From: Malacoraja senta
Lineage: Eukaryota
Direction: 5' to 3'
Assembly (NCBI GenBank): GCA_038087875.1
Contig: CM075995.1
Location: 7,628,001 to 7,692,000 of the forward strand
Length of the DNA stretch: 64,000 bases
In this document: piece by piece, positions 36,660 to 50,221 of the stretch
How the letters are laid out: each line of letters starts with the position of its first letter
Numbering within the stretch: the first letter of the stretch is position 1
The notes under the pieces: generated by a model
What the model was told of the DNA's origin: nothing
Seen by the model: the letters and a program-made list of their open reading frames with translations, nothing else
Databases searched by the model: none
Made by a program: the position numbers and the translations under genes

Positions 36660-36975
36660 CATGCGGAAGTAACTCAGCGGGTCAGGCAGCATCTGTGGAG
36701 AACATGGATAGGTGGCGTTTCACAGAGCGCTGGAGTAACTCAGCGGGTCAGGCACCATCTGTGGAGAACATGGATAGGTGACGTTTCACAGAGTGCTGGA
36801 GTAACTCAGCGGGTCAGGCAGCATCTGTGGAGAACATGGATAGGTGACGTTTCACAGAGTGCTGGAGTAACTCAGCGGGTCAGGCAGCATCTGTGGAGAA
36901 CATGGATAGGTGACCTTTCACAGAGTGCTGGAGTAACTCAGCGGGTCAGGCAGCATTTGGGTCAACGGATAGGTG
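36660..36975. repeat. 66-bp tandem array (~4.5 units), same unit as 17191-17690
   Basis: ORF track shows repeated 22-aa WRTWIGDVSQSAGVTQRVRQHL. Confidence 0.9.
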
Positions 36976-38019
36976 AACCCAGGACCCTTCTGACCTTTCT
37001 CAGATATACTATGAAGATAGACACAAAATGCAGGAGTAACTCAGTGGGAGAGGCAGCATCTCTGGATAGAAGGAATGGGTGACGTTTTGGGTTGGGACCC
37101 TTCTTCAGTCTCGAAACATCCTTTTTCTCCAGAGATGCTGCCTAACCCGCTGAGTTACTCCTGCACTTGGTGTCTATCTTTGGCATAAACCAACATCTGC
37201 AATACCCACATAAAGTGGTTTCCACGGTTCAAGAATAATTGTGCATTTTAAACGTGCTGCCGAAACTAGAGTTCAACTACAGTGGCTTTAGTTTAGATTA
37301 GAGATACAGCGTAGAAACAGGCCCTTCGGCCCACCGAGTCCACACCAACCAGCAATCCACGCACACTTAATGCTACCCTATACACACACACACACGGGAC
37401 AACTTACATTTATACCAAACCAAATAACCTACAAACATGTACGTCTTTGGAGCGTGGGAGGAAACCAGAGCACAAAACCCAGGCAGGACGGGGGGGATAG
37501 ACACAAAATGCTGGAGTAACTCAGCGGGCGAGGCAGCATCTCTGGAGAGAAGGAATGGGTGACGTTTCGGGTCGAGACCCTTCAGACTGAAGAAACGTCG
37601 CCCATTCCTTCTCTCCAGAGATGCTGCCCCACCCGCTGAGTTACTCCAGCATTTTATGTCTACCTTTTTAAAACAGCATCTGCAGTCCTTACACAGGACA
37701 CGGGATAACGTACAAACTCCGTACTGACAGGACTGGTGGTTAGGATCGAACCCGGGTCTCAGCTGTTGGAAGGCAGCAACTCTGCCAGCATGCCGCCTCT
37801 GGTATGGCGAGTACATACTGAGCCACATCATGCTGCTGCCGACCTGTGAATGTAAACTTAACCACATTAAGGGGATAAATCGAGCATAGAATGAAGCACG
37901 TTGGAACATCTGCGTGAAGGTGCATCTCCTCTTGGTCCACAGTTTCAAAAACTTTCCATTTGCATGCAAAGACCAGCAATGAACCACTCACTCCGCAGTA
38001 GATTTAAATCTTTAATAGC

Positions 38020-39245
38020 TGATTAATTATGGTTCATACATTTGTTTATTGCAATAAAGTATTCACTCAAGCACTGCTTAAAAATGCAGAGTGTACAAAG
38101 TTTAAATTAAGACATTGCAGAATTTGACTAAGTATTTGGTTTAATATAAATAAAGTCATTACCACACAATGTGTTGATAGGTACTTAACACTGTTAATTT
38201 ACAATGGTTAAAATGATGGACGTGGAATGGGTTTCTCTGCATTTTGAACGCTGTTCTGGCGGGGTTTGGTGGGCGGGGGGGGGGGTGGGGGGGGAATGAC
38301 GAAGCAAACAGGTGAAGACTGGGAACAAAAGACAACCTGGAGGGTTAGAAACACAGAGGCAGCAGGTTGCCATCTCCTGCTCACTACCACTCAGCTGAGG
38401 AATGGACTTTTAACAATACTCTGTGAGAAAGGGAACAGACTTCACCCCACCCCCCCCTCCTCTCTCGGTCCAATTGTACTTTAAAAAGATCCGTCAGATT
38501 ACTCGAGCCTGTAATTTTTTTGATGTGAAATGCTTTTAATTGTTTTAATCCATTTTGCATTGGACATGCTCAGTTGAAGATCCACTCACACAACAGCCAC
38601 ATTTTCACATTTTGGTTTATCACAAAAGTTACATCTTAATAAAGTACAAAAAAACTTTTTTTTTTTTTTGGTTTTAACCTGTAACTAAATACTTTTATTC
38701 ACACATTCTCACTTCAATCAAAGCACTTTTTTTGTTTTGTTTTTAAACTGTATTTTGAGCCAATTAGTTACCGTCCCAAATATTGATGCGTTAGTGACTT
38801 TGTCCTGTGTTTTAGGTTTTTTTTCTCTCTTTCATCTGGAGCCTCGAAGGGGGGGGGAACAGTTAAGATGAAGATATGGGTGACGTGTGTGTGTGTGTGT
38901 GAGGGGGGGTTTAAATGGAAGCACAGTAATGTCCCACTGAAAACAGATATACAGACTACACTGTCACAAATCGTCCAGACATTGGTATAAAAAGAAATGC
39001 AAACACATGCCAACAAACTGTGCGTTTTGGTTAGAAAACAGCTGGCCCATGCTGTAACGTAGGAAGCTGATGTGGAGAGACAATGTAGAATCTGTCCCCA
39101 AAAAAAAAGATCACTGGAAATGAAGTGTCATTTTTGTCACCCCCCCCCCCCCTCCTCTCCTCCATCAGTGGACGCGGCTCCGGGTAATAAGGTCACTAAA
39201 TGTGAAGGCAGCTCCAGACTGAGACTGAGCTGTGCAAACACCTAG
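38020..39245 (-). other. RANBP9: RANBP9 3' UTR (distal end approximate)
   Basis: Unique, TE-free, U-rich sequence downstream of the stop codon. Confidence 0.65.
38045..38058. terminator. RANBP9: Palindromic poly(A) signal pair; probable RANBP9 distal signal on -
   Basis: TTTATTGCAATAAA reads AATAAA on both strands at the end of the repeat-free AT-rich 3' UTR; another minus-strand AATAAA at 38694-38699. Confidence 0.6.
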
Positions 39246-39376
39246 CTAGTGCAAATATTCTTCCGCCGTGGCAAAGGCGCAGGAACCAATGCCCAGACGG
39301 GCCATCAACTCTAGACACTTGGAAGCCTGGCCGATCGCCAGGGCCAGTGGGGGCTGCTTTGGCAGGTTGTGGGACT
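39246..39376 (-). CDS. RANBP9: RANBP9 terminal coding exon
   Basis: (E)[46 protein letters not shown] (CRA domain end); acceptor TTGCAG. Confidence 0.95.
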
Positions 39377-39651
39377 CTGCAATGCAAAAAAAATAAATAA
39401 AAAAAATACAAATTAGATTCAAGTTCCATGAAAACCAAGTGTATGAAATCATGAGAGGAATAATTGCTGTCTCTTGCCCGGAGTCAGGAAAACCGAGGAC
39501 CAGAGGACATTGGTTTAAGGTGAAGGGGGAATGATTTAATAGGAATGTGAGGGGTAACTTTTTCACACAGTTTATGGAACGAGCTGCCAGAGGAGGTAGT
39601 TGCGCCTGAGACTATCCCAACGTTTACGAAATAGTTAGACAGGTACATGGC

Positions 39652-39762
39652 GGGGTGGGAAAATTGCAACCTTCAACGAATCAACGGCGTGCACAACCAA
39701 ATAAGATCAAATAGAACAAGTTGTCCTACAACTTTAGGCTGTGCACGCCATACGCAAGAAGA
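39652..39762 (+). mobile_element. Short (GAA)n-tailed retroposon, second copy
   Basis: 11-bp TSD AGGTACATGGC. Confidence 0.75.
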
Positions 39763-40454
39763 AGGTACATGGCTAGGACAGGTTTGGAGGGATATGGGCC
39801 AAACGTGGGCAGGTGGGACTAATGTAGTTGGGACATGTTGGCCGGTGTGGGCAAGTCGGGCAGAAGGGCCTGTTTCCACACTGGATCACTGTACGACTCT
39901 AAGCATTATTTTGCAAACTATAAAGTCGTGAAAGGCATGGATAAAGCTGATGTGGAGACGATGTTTCTACTTGCGGGAGAGTCTAGGACCATACGTTCAT
40001 ATGTTCTAGGAGCAGAATGAGGCCATTCGGCCCATCGTCTACTCCGCCATTTAATCATGGCTGATCTATCTTTCCCTCTCAACCCCATTCTCCTGCCTTC
40101 TCCCCATAACCCCTGTCACCTGTACTAATGAAGAATAATACCTTAACCTCAATCACGCCCGGGATCATTCTTGTAAAGCAGCTCTGGGCCCTCTCCGATG
40201 TCAGCCTTCCGCAAATACGGAGCTCAAAACCACTCTCTCCATAACCCCCGTATTATCAAGAATATATCATTCTCCACCTTAAAAATACCCACTTACTTGT
40301 CCTCCACAACCTTCTGTGGCCATAGCCTCAGACTAAAAGGATGCACCTTTAGAAGACGAGGGATTTCTTTAGTCAGAAGGTGGTGAATCTGTGGAATTAA
40401 TTGCCACAGACAGCTGTGGAGGCCTTCATTAGGTATTTTTAAGGCGCAGATTAA

Positions 40455-41165
40455 CAATAGACAATCGGTGCAGCAGTAGGCCATTCGGCCCTTCGAGCCA
40501 GCAACCCCATTCAATGTGATCATGGCTGATCATCCCCAAGCAGTACCCCGTTCCTGCCTTCTCCCCATATCCCCTGACTCCGCTATTTTTACGAGCCCTA
40601 TCTAGCTCTCTCTTGAAAGCATCCAGAGAACCTGCCTCCACCGCCCTCTGAGGCAGAGAATGTGAGAAAAAGTGTTTCCTCGTCTCCGTTCTAAATGGCT
40701 TACTCCTTATTCTTGAACTGTGGCCCCTGGTTCTGGACTCCCCCAACATCGGGAACATGTTTCCTGCCTCTAGCGTGTCCAAACCCTTAACAACCTTATA
40801 TGTTTCAATGAGATTCCCTCTCATCCTTCTAAACTTCAGAGTGTACAAGCCCAGCTGCTCCATTCTCTCAGCATATGACAGTCCCGCCATCCCGGGAATT
40901 AACCTTGTAAACCTACGCTGCACTCCCTCAATAGCAAGAATGTCCTTCCTCAAATTAGGGGACCAAAACTGCACACAATACTCCAGGTGTGGTCTCAGTA
41001 AGGCTTTGTACAACTGCAGAAGGACCTCTTTCGGTCTGAACGAAATTTCGTTCAGACCGAAAGGTCTGAATGACAAATAAAGGAATCTCTAATCTCTAAT
41101 CTCTTTGCTCCTATATTCGATTCCTCTTGTTATAAATCCTATATTCGATTCCTCTTGTTATAAAT
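40455..41165 (-). mobile_element. CR1-like LINE 3' fragment with a small nested insertion at 41032-41100
   Basis: ORF 40429-41076 KEVLLQLYKALLRPHLEYCVQFWSP... Confidence 0.85.
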
Positions 41166-44100
41166 TCTGGATTGATAAGGGCGTCAGAGGTTACGGGGAG
41201 AAGGCAGGAGAATGGGGTTGAGGGGGAAAGATGGATCAGCCATGATTGAATGGCGGAGTAGACTTGACGGGCTGAATGGCCTAATTCTGTTCTTTGAACT
41301 TATGAACATATTCAGTGAAACAGCAATTATGATGGTGCGTACAGAGCTCTCAATTGCAAACAATCTTTGCAACTATCTCTAAATAGTCAGAGTGTGCCAT
41401 CATTTTGAAAGCTAAAGGAACACAGTGTTCATTAAACTGCACATCAGCCCAGGCACAACAGTTTATGAAAAACAGACGCAAAATGCTGGAGTAACGCAGC
41501 AGGTTAGGTAGCATCTCTGGAACAATGGACCATGGACATATTTTCTAATTGTGTTTTGCACTGATATTTCGTCTTGATTTTTCCTTGTCTTGTAGAATTA
41601 ATATTTTTTAAATTATGTATAATGCGTGGAGAAAAGAAAATCTGTGATGTTTCGGGACGGGACCAGAGACGTGACATTTTTCCTTTTGTCCAGAGATGCT
41701 GCCCGAGTCACTCCAGCATTTTGCGTCTATCATCTTTGAAGTGTGGGAGGAAACTGGAGCGCCCGGAGAAAACCCACGCAGGTCACGGGGAGAAACATGC
41801 AGCTCACCCCCTCCATGACACACTGGTCAACCTGAGGAGCACCTTCAGCAACAGACTGGTTCCAGCAAGATGCAGGACAGAACGCCACAGGAGATCCTTC
41901 TTCCACGTGGCTATCAAACTGTACAACTCCTCCCCCTTCTGTCCTGGGGTAGACTGACCCCTCTCCCCCCCCCCCCAATCTTTGCACATCCCCAATCCTT
42001 TCCATTCGTCATTTTAATTTCATGTCCCACATATCTTGTTGTGTTTTATGACTGTTGGCAGATCAATTTCCCTCCTGGCATAAATAAAGTTCTATCGTAT
42101 CACAATGGGATCCAGAAGATGGGATTAAACTAACTACCTGGGTGGCATGACAAGCGGGGAGCACAGGAATAGACTTAAGATACAGGGTGGAAACAGCCCC
42201 TTCGGCCCACCGAGTCCGTGCCAACCAGCGATCACCCCGTACACTAGCACTATTCCACACACCAGGGACAATTTACAATCACAGAAGCCAATTAATCTAC
42301 AAAAACCTGCACGTCTTTGGAGTGTGGGAGGAAACCGGAGCACCCGGAGAAAACCCACGCGGGCAGGTCACGGGGAGAAGGTACAAACTCCGTACAGACA
42401 GCACCCGTAGTCAAGATGGAACCCCGGGTCCCTGGCGCTGTGAGGCAGCAACTCTACCGCTGCCCACTTGATTTTGATCAAATGTTGAATAATTAATAAA
42501 CAATTATGGTAAGATTACACATTGAGATGTATCATTTTCTGTACTTTTCTGAAGTATAGTTCTTGTTGAGATGAAAACCTCAAGTCAACTGTTTCATTGT
42601 CATATGTAGAGGAAATGGAACCATTACATTTTTAGCTTCAGCAGAACCTCTAACCAAAGATTGGCATGTAGGATTCAGGTTAGTCTTTACTAAGTCCGCA
42701 TCGTCTAGCGATTACTGCGTACACAAGTTCACAAGTTATAGGAATAGAATTAGGCCATTCAGCCAGAGTCTACTCCACCATTCAATCATGGCTGATCTCT
42801 GCCTCCCAATCCCATTTTCCTGCCTTCTCCCCATAACCCTTGACACCAAATCAAGAATTTGTCTATCTCTGCCTTAAAAATACCCACTGACGGCCTCCAC
42901 AGCCCTCTGTGGCAATGAGTTCCACAGATTAACTGCCCTCTGACTAAAGAAGTTCCTCCTCACCTCCTTTCTAAAAGAGCGCCCTTTAATTCTGAGGCTG
43001 TGACCTCTGGTCCTAGACTCTCCCACCAGTGGAAACATCCTCTCCACATCCACTCTGTCCAGGCCTTTCATTATTCTGTAAGTTTCAATGAGGTCCCCCC
43101 TCAACCTTCTAAACTCCAGCGAGTACAGGCCCAAGTGCTGTCAAACGCTCATCATATGTTAACCTACTCATTCCTGGGATCATTCTTGTAAACCTCCTCT
43201 GGACCCTCCCCAGAGCCAGCACATTCCTCCTCAGATAAGGGGCCCAAATTTGCTCACAATATTCCAAATGCGGCCTGCCCAGTGCCTAATAGAGCCTCAG
43301 CATTACAGCTCTGTTTTTGTATTGCAGTCCACTTGATATCATTGAATTTGCCTTCCTTACGACCGATCCTCACCACCTTAGGTACCTACGGTTCCTTACT
43401 GCCTTGCACAAACTGACACACACTAGGGACAATTTTACAACTTGCCAAAGCCAATTGACCTACATTTAGAAAGGAAACAAGGAAGAATCTCTCGTCAGAG
43501 GGCAGTGAATCTGTGGAATTCATTGCCACAGACGGCTGTGGAAGCCAAGTCATTAGGAATAGACAAAATGCTGGAGTGACTCTCGGAACAGGCACCATCT
43601 CTGGAGAGAAGGAATGGGTGCTGTTTCGAATCAAGGCCCTTCTTCAGATACTCCAGCATTTTGTGTCTATCTTCTGTGTACACCAGCATCTGCGGTTCCT
43701 TCCTACCCAAGTAATCGGGTATTTTTAAGGCACAGAGGGACCGATTTGTGATTAATACGGGTGTCAGGGGTCAAGGAGCAGAGAAGATCATTGGCGTCTC
43801 CCTACCCTCGGTACAAGAACTGTTCCTGAGCCGCTGTCGGAAAAAAGCTCAGAGAATAGCTAAGGACAAACTGCACCCCCTCCACATACACCTGGATCTC
43901 CTGCCATCAGGCAAGAGATATCGCAGCATCAAAGCCCGGACTACAAGACTGCTAAACAGCTTCCTGCCATATGCTGTGAGGCTGCTAAACAGCCACTCTG
44001 TACTCACAGTCACCTGATTCTGCGGCTTGGCACGGACACTATAATAACTGGCACTGGCCACTCAAATCAGCTGCCCCGGACATGTTTATGATTGGTCTTA

Positions 44101-44729
44101 CTGTATTTTAACATTGTTTTTATCTATTTTAACTTTATACTGTTCCATCAGGGACTGGATTGTTTTTGTTTTTAATAATAATAATAATAATGGATTTTAT
44201 TTACGGGCGCCTTATACCGAGGTCTCAAGGACACCAGTGTTATTTTAGTGTTATTAGTGTGAAATGTTTTAAACTTCATGTGCGATGCTCCGGTATTCCC
44301 TGAGAAACGTCTTTTCGTTTCGCACTGTACAACTGTTGCTTGCAAGATGACAATAAAGGAATTGAATTGAAAAATTGAATTGAATTGAATGGGGCGAAGG
44401 CAGGAGAATGGGGCTGAGGGGGGAAAAGACAGATCAGCCATGATTGAATGGCGGTGTAGACATGATGGGGCCTAATTCTGCTCCTATAACTAATGAACCC
44501 CGTGCATCTTGAGTGTGGAAGGAGACCGGAGCACCCGGAGGAAACCACGTGGTCACAGGGTAAAATGTCCAAACTCCATGCAGACAGCAACTCTACCGCT
44601 GCGCCACTGTTGAAATAAAACAGCAATCTGCCGTTGTATCGAATGAACAGCGGAGACAGGTTAAACACATATTTTTAGGTGCATTAGTCATGATAAACAG
44701 CTGTTTAAAATTGACTGCCACATACTCAC

Positions 44730-44841
44730 CTAATATAGCACTATTTAACGCCGAGCACACGGGTTCTCTCTGCACCACGTCGAGTTGATATCCTACTGGG
44801 CTGTTCCATGGATCCGAATAAGCGAGCAAACTAAACGCATC
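44730..44841 (-). CDS. RANBP9: RANBP9 coding exon (penultimate)
   Basis: [37 protein letters not shown]; 112 nt; CAG acceptor, G|GTGAGT donor. Confidence 0.97.
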
Positions 44842-45042
44842 CTGAATGGGGCAAAGATGTAATCAGTGTGGGGCAGTAACAGTGGTCACTACAGCAACTC
44901 TACCGCTGCGCCTTAGTCTGACACGCTGGGTATTTCCAGCAGTTATTCCCACTGATGCTACCACAGACTCGTCAATGGGATATCAGAGAGTCACAAGGTT
45001 GTACAACACAGAAACGGGTCCCCTTTGGACGCCCTTGTCCAC

Positions 45043-45490
45043 GAATGGAGCGGCTGGGCTTGTACACTCTCGAGTTCAGAAGGATGAGAGGTGATCTCAT
45101 TGAAACATATAAGAATGTTAAGGGCTTGGACACGCTAGAGGCAGGAAACATGTTCCCCATGTTGGGGGGGGAGTCCAGAACCAGGGGCCACAGTTTAAGA
45201 ATAAGGAGTAAGCCATTTAGAACGGAGACGAGGAAACACTTTTTCACACAGAGAGTGGTGAGTCTGTGGAATTCTCTGCCTCAGAGGGCGGTGGAGGCCG
45301 GTTCTCTGGATGCTTTCAGGAGAGAGCTAGATAGGGCTCTTAAAGATAGCGGAGTCAGGGGATATGGGGAGAAGGCAGGAAACGGGGTACTGATTGGGGA
45401 TGATCAGCCATGATCACCTTGAATGGTGGTGCTGGCTCGAAGGGCCGAATGGCCTACTCCTGCACCTATTGTCTATTGTCTATTATTGTC
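45043..45490 (+). mobile_element. CR1-like LINE 3' fragment
   Basis: [23 protein letters not shown]... and (CTATTGT)n tail. Confidence 0.85.
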
Positions 45491-45594
45491 TAAACACTTT
45501 TTTTTTTCTTAAGTTGATGATGAACATGAATTAGATCTTAATTTTCATCACTCCCGTCTCCAAACCATGCAGTCATTCCCACAACGTTCGGTAC

Positions 45595-45746
45595 CTGCAG
45601 CATTTTTTTATTCAGGGTGTTCTTGCCACATTCTCTTCTCAGCTGCTCGCTGACAGTCTGCAGCTCCCGCCCAAAGTGAATCATCCGTTCGATCGCCGCC
45701 TGGCTGCCTCCACAAAGTTGGCGTCGCGACTGACTCAGGTCTATCT
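45595..45746 (-). CDS. RANBP9: RANBP9 coding exon
   Basis: (E)[50 protein letters not shown]; 152 nt. Confidence 0.97.
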
Positions 45747-46369
45747 CTGTTGGAAAACCCACAGGGAAAAACAGATCAACAAGACCTTCAACTGTACCTC
45801 GACAACAAACCGAACTGAAGCCCAGCATTCCATTAACATCAGACAGCAGCCAGAGTTTGGGGACTTCACGTGGAGTCAGGGTGGAGTTGCTGCCTTACAG
45901 CGCCAGAGACCCGGGTTCCATGGGTTAGGAGGGAGAGATAGATCAGCCGTGATTAAATGGCAGAGTAGACTAGATGGGCCGAATGGCCTAATTCTACTCC
46001 TATTCCTTATGACATTATGATCCTGACTACGGGTGCTGTCTGTCCGGAGTTTGCACGCTCTCCCTGTGATCTGCGTGCGTTTTCTCCGGGTGCTCCGGTT
46101 TCCTCCCAAACCCCAGACGTACAGATTTGTTGGTCAATTGGCTTCTGTGAATTGTAAATGACCCCTAGTGTGTAGGATGTGAAAGTGAGATAACATTGAT
46201 CTTTGGAACAAGGTGATCGATGGTTGGTGTGGACTAGGTGGGCCAAAGGGTGCGTTTCCACCCTATACCTCTAAACTAATCTGTACTTAGTTGTACTTGG
46301 GTTAGGTAGACACAAAATGCTGGAGTAACTCAGCGGGACAGGCGGCATCTCTGGAGAGAAGGAATGGGT

Positions 46370-46397
46370 GACGTTTCGGGTCGAGACCCTTCTTCAG
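46370..46397 (-). ncRNA. Minimal hammerhead-ribozyme-like motif (Penelope-associated); cleanest of ~10 copies
   Basis: CUGAAGA-A-GGGUC UC GACCC-GAAA-CGUC: catalytic core consensus, stem II and palindromic ACGU in place of stem III; stem I is weak. Confidence 0.55.
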
Positions 46398-46757
46398 ACT
46401 TAGTTGTACTGATCTGTACCCTGTAGACTGTAATTACACTGGCTGGTTAGCACGTGACGAAAGCTTTTCCCTGTACACGTGACAATAAACTAAACATTGA
46501 ACAACACTTGCTTTTGGGCCAAGTAAAAAATTCAATCCTCATATGCATAGAGAGTGGAAAAAATTCAGATTCTCAGACAGCTCGCAAATGTCATAAAAAG
46601 CAAAAAAAGTGGAAATGGAAAAAAAAACAACAACATGATGGTCTACAAAGATCAGTTCGTCTTCAAAGGATGAGAGGTTGAACGTGTTGACCTTTAAAGA
46701 TGAGACAAGATCTAAATATCTCGGTGTCTTTACTCAATACAATGTTGACATTCATAC

Positions 46758-46876
46758 CCATCTCTGCGTCATTTTCATCCATATCATGAACGCGTTTGAC
46801 ACTGCCGTTAAGGAAACCGTTTGATGACCCATCCACCCCATTGGTATAGTGCTCAGTCTCCATGTCCATGTCGTTA
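46758..46876 (-). CDS. RANBP9: RANBP9 coding exon
   Basis: NDMDMETEHYTNGVDGSSNGFLNGSVKRVHDMDENDAEM; 119 nt; phases match neighbours. Confidence 0.93.
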
Positions 46877-47589
46877 CTGCAGAACAAGGGACAGAATATC
46901 AATATTTGCAGTATGCATCCCTGCCTTTTAAAATCTGTCCAGCAAAGTTTAAAAATAAACATAGAAACATAGAAAATAGGTGCAGGAGGAGGCCATTCAG
47001 CCCTTCGAGCCAGCACCGCCATTCATTGTGATCATGGCTGATCGTCCCCAATCAATAACCCGTGCCTGCCTTCTCCCCATATCCCTTGATTCCACCAGCC
47101 CCTAGAGCTCTATCTAACTCTCTCCTAAACCCATCCAGTGACTTGGCCTCCACTGCCCTCTGTGGCAGGGAATTCCACAAATTCACAACTCTCTGGGTGA
47201 AAAAGTTTTTTCTCACCTCAGTCTTAAATGGCCTCCCCTTTTTTCTAAGACTGTGGCCCCTGGTTCTGGACTCGCCCAACATTGGGAACATTTTTCCTGC
47301 ATCTAGCTTGTCCAGTCCTTTTATAATTTTATATGTTTCTATACGACAAACATCGAGGCCAAAAAGCACATTTTCAAAATCACTTTCCCCTCACTCCATC
47401 AACATCTTTCCCCAAATATAACATGGTGCCCAATACTGGACAGAGTGCTGGAGTAACTCAGCGGGTCAGGCAGCATCTGTGGAGAACATGGATAGGTGAC
47501 GTTTCACAGAGTGCTGGAGTAACTCAGCGGGTCAGGCAGCATCTCTGGAGAACATGGATAGGTGACATTTCGGGTTGGGACGCTTCTTC

Positions 47590-48370
47590 AGAGCAAGTCA
47601 TGGATTGCTCATCAACGCAGGTTTCTACCCTGGAGCAGCGGTGCAGCAGATTGCGGACTTTAGGAGGGCACAACAACCGAGGACGTACACGCCACTGGGG
47701 ATAAATGGGACTGCAGTGGATAGGGCGAGCAGCTTTAAATACCTGGGAGTCCACATCACAGAGGATCTGACATGGACATCACACGCTGCCGCACTGGTGA
47801 GTAAGGCAAGGCAGCGCCTTTACCACCTCAGGCAGCTGAGGAAATTCAGAGTGTCTCTGAGGATCCTCCAGTGCTTCTACTCTGGGGCTGTAGAAAGCTT
47901 CCTGTCCGGCAACATCACAATCTGGTTCGGGAACAGTTCTGCCCAGGACAGGAAGGCTCCGCAGAGAGTAGTGCGTTCGGCCGAACGCACCATGGGAACT
48001 ACACTCGCCCCCCCCTGCAGGACCCATACACCAGGAGGTGCAGATCCAGAGCCAGCAACATTATGGGGGACCCCTACCCCCCCAGCAACGGACTGTTCCA
48101 GCTGCCACGGTCAGGCAAACGCCTCCTCTGTCACGCTGTGAAAACAGAGCGGATGAGACGGAGTTTCTTCCCACAGGCCGTCAGGACTGTAAACTCTGAT
48201 CTCACCAGAGACTAAATACTGTTGTGTTGTGTCTTTTTTTAACATGTAAATACTGGTTCTGTTCTGTTCTGTTGTTCTATAGTTTTTGCACAATCCGCAG
48301 GCATTGCCACTTTCATTTCACTCTACATCTTGTGTGTGTATGTGACAAATGAAGTTGACTTGACTTGACA
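47590..48370 (+). mobile_element. Rex1/Babar-like LINE 3' fragment
   Basis: FKYLGVHITEDLTW...KARQRLYHLRQLRKF...FYSGAVES; (GACTT)n tail. Related pieces near 31200-31475, 41800-42100 and 43778-44180. Confidence 0.8.
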
Positions 48371-49923
48371 GTGCTGTGCCTCACCGCTCCAGTGACCTAG
48401 GTCCGACCCCAATCCTGTCTGTGTGGAGTTTGCACGCCCTCACGGAGTCTGTCGCTTTCCTTTCATTTCTCCCATTTCCCCCCACATCCCAAAGCCGCCT
48501 AGATAGGTAGGTTAACTGGCTACTCCAGTCTACCCCAAGTTTGCTGTGTGTAGGAGAATCGGAGGAAGTTTAGAGACATGTCCAAGATGTGATACAGAGT
48601 GGAAACAGGCCCTTCGGCCCAACTTGCCAACACCGACCAACATGTCCCACCTGCATGCGTTTGGCCCATATCCCTCTCAACCTGTCCTATCCACATACCT
48701 ATCCAAATGCTTCTCAAACGTTGCGATAGCACCTAGCTCAACTACCTCCTCCAGCAGCTCGCTCTATACCCCCCTTTGTGTTAAAAAACGTCACCTCTCA
48801 GGTGTCTGTTCCATTTTCCCCAACTCTGGGCATGAGACTGTGCGTTTACCCAATCTACCCCTCTCATGATTTAGTATACCATATAACCGTATAACAATTA
48901 CAGCACGGAAACAGGCCATCTCGGCCCTTCTAGTCCGTGCCGAACACTTACTCTCACCTAGTCCCATCTACCTGCACTCAGACCATAACCCTCCATCCCT
49001 TTTCCGTCCATATACCTATACAATTTATTTTTAAATGATAAAAACAAACCTGCCTTCACCACTTCCACTAGAAGCTCATTCCACACAGCCACCACTCTCT
49101 GAGTAAAGAAGTTCCCCCTCATGTTGCCCCTAAACTTTTGTCCCATAATTCTCAAATCATGTCCTCTTGTTTGAATCTACTCTCAATGGAAATAGCTTAT
49201 CCACGTCAACTCTGTCTATCCCTTTCATAATTTTAAAGACCTCTATCAAGTCCCCCCTTAACCTTCTGCGCTCCAAAGAATAAAGACCTATCTTGTTCAA
49301 CCTTTCTCTGCAACTTAGGTGCTGAAACCCAGGCAACATTCTAGTAAATCTCCTCTGTACTCTCTCTATTTACCTCTATAAGATCACCCAGAATCCTAGC
49401 CTGCTCAACCTATCCTTACAGCCTGGGTCCCCGAGTCCTGGCGACATCCTCATAAATCTCCAGCGTACCCTTCCCAGCGTGACATCTCTCCTATAACATG
49501 GTGCACAGAACTGAACGCAAAACTCTAAATGCGGCCTCACCAACACCTTGCATACCTTGCAACAATGACCTCCCAACTTCTATACTCTGACTGATGGCCA
49601 ATGTGCCAAAAGCCTTTTTGACCACCGGTTCAGCCTGCAGTGCCACTTTCAAGGAACCGTGTACCTGCACTCCTAGATCCCTCTGCTCGACAACGCTCTC
49701 CAGAGCTTTACTATTCACCGTGTGGAATGGGAGGGAGTACGGTGAAGGGAAATGAGGAGGTGGTGGGGAAATGGGGTAGTCCCAAGCGCCAATGGTTGAT
49801 GATGGGCCAAATGTCCTCATCTGTCACAAGGAAAACAATGGGAGCAACCTGCAGATCTCAATTCTGCTCAACACCTTCATTAACGTTGCAATTAAATTCC
49901 CACGCCAACTAGTTTTAGTGTAA

Positions 49924-50221
49924 AGGGCCTGTCCCACTGTACGAGCTAATTCAAGAGTTCTCCCGAGTTTCCCCTGATTCGAACTCGGAGAATTACGGTA
50001 ATAGCCGCTCGTAGGTACTTGGGGGTCTCGTGGACATTTTTCAACATGTTGAAAAATCTTCACGAGCTTACCGCGTTTCCCCGAGTACCTGCCGTTCGCG
50101 TTACGAGCCGCTAAGAGACGTCCCGAGCGCCGACGTCTACGTGCACACCACGAGTTTGATTTTTTTTTTTTTTTAAACTCGAGAGAGCTCTTGAATTACC
50201 TCGTACAGTGGGACAGGCCCT
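49924..50221. mobile_element. PIF/Harbinger-type MITE (different family from 280-682)
   Basis: TIR AGGGCCTGTCCCACTGTACGAG...; TAA TSD at 49921-49923 and 50222-50224. Confidence 0.85.
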
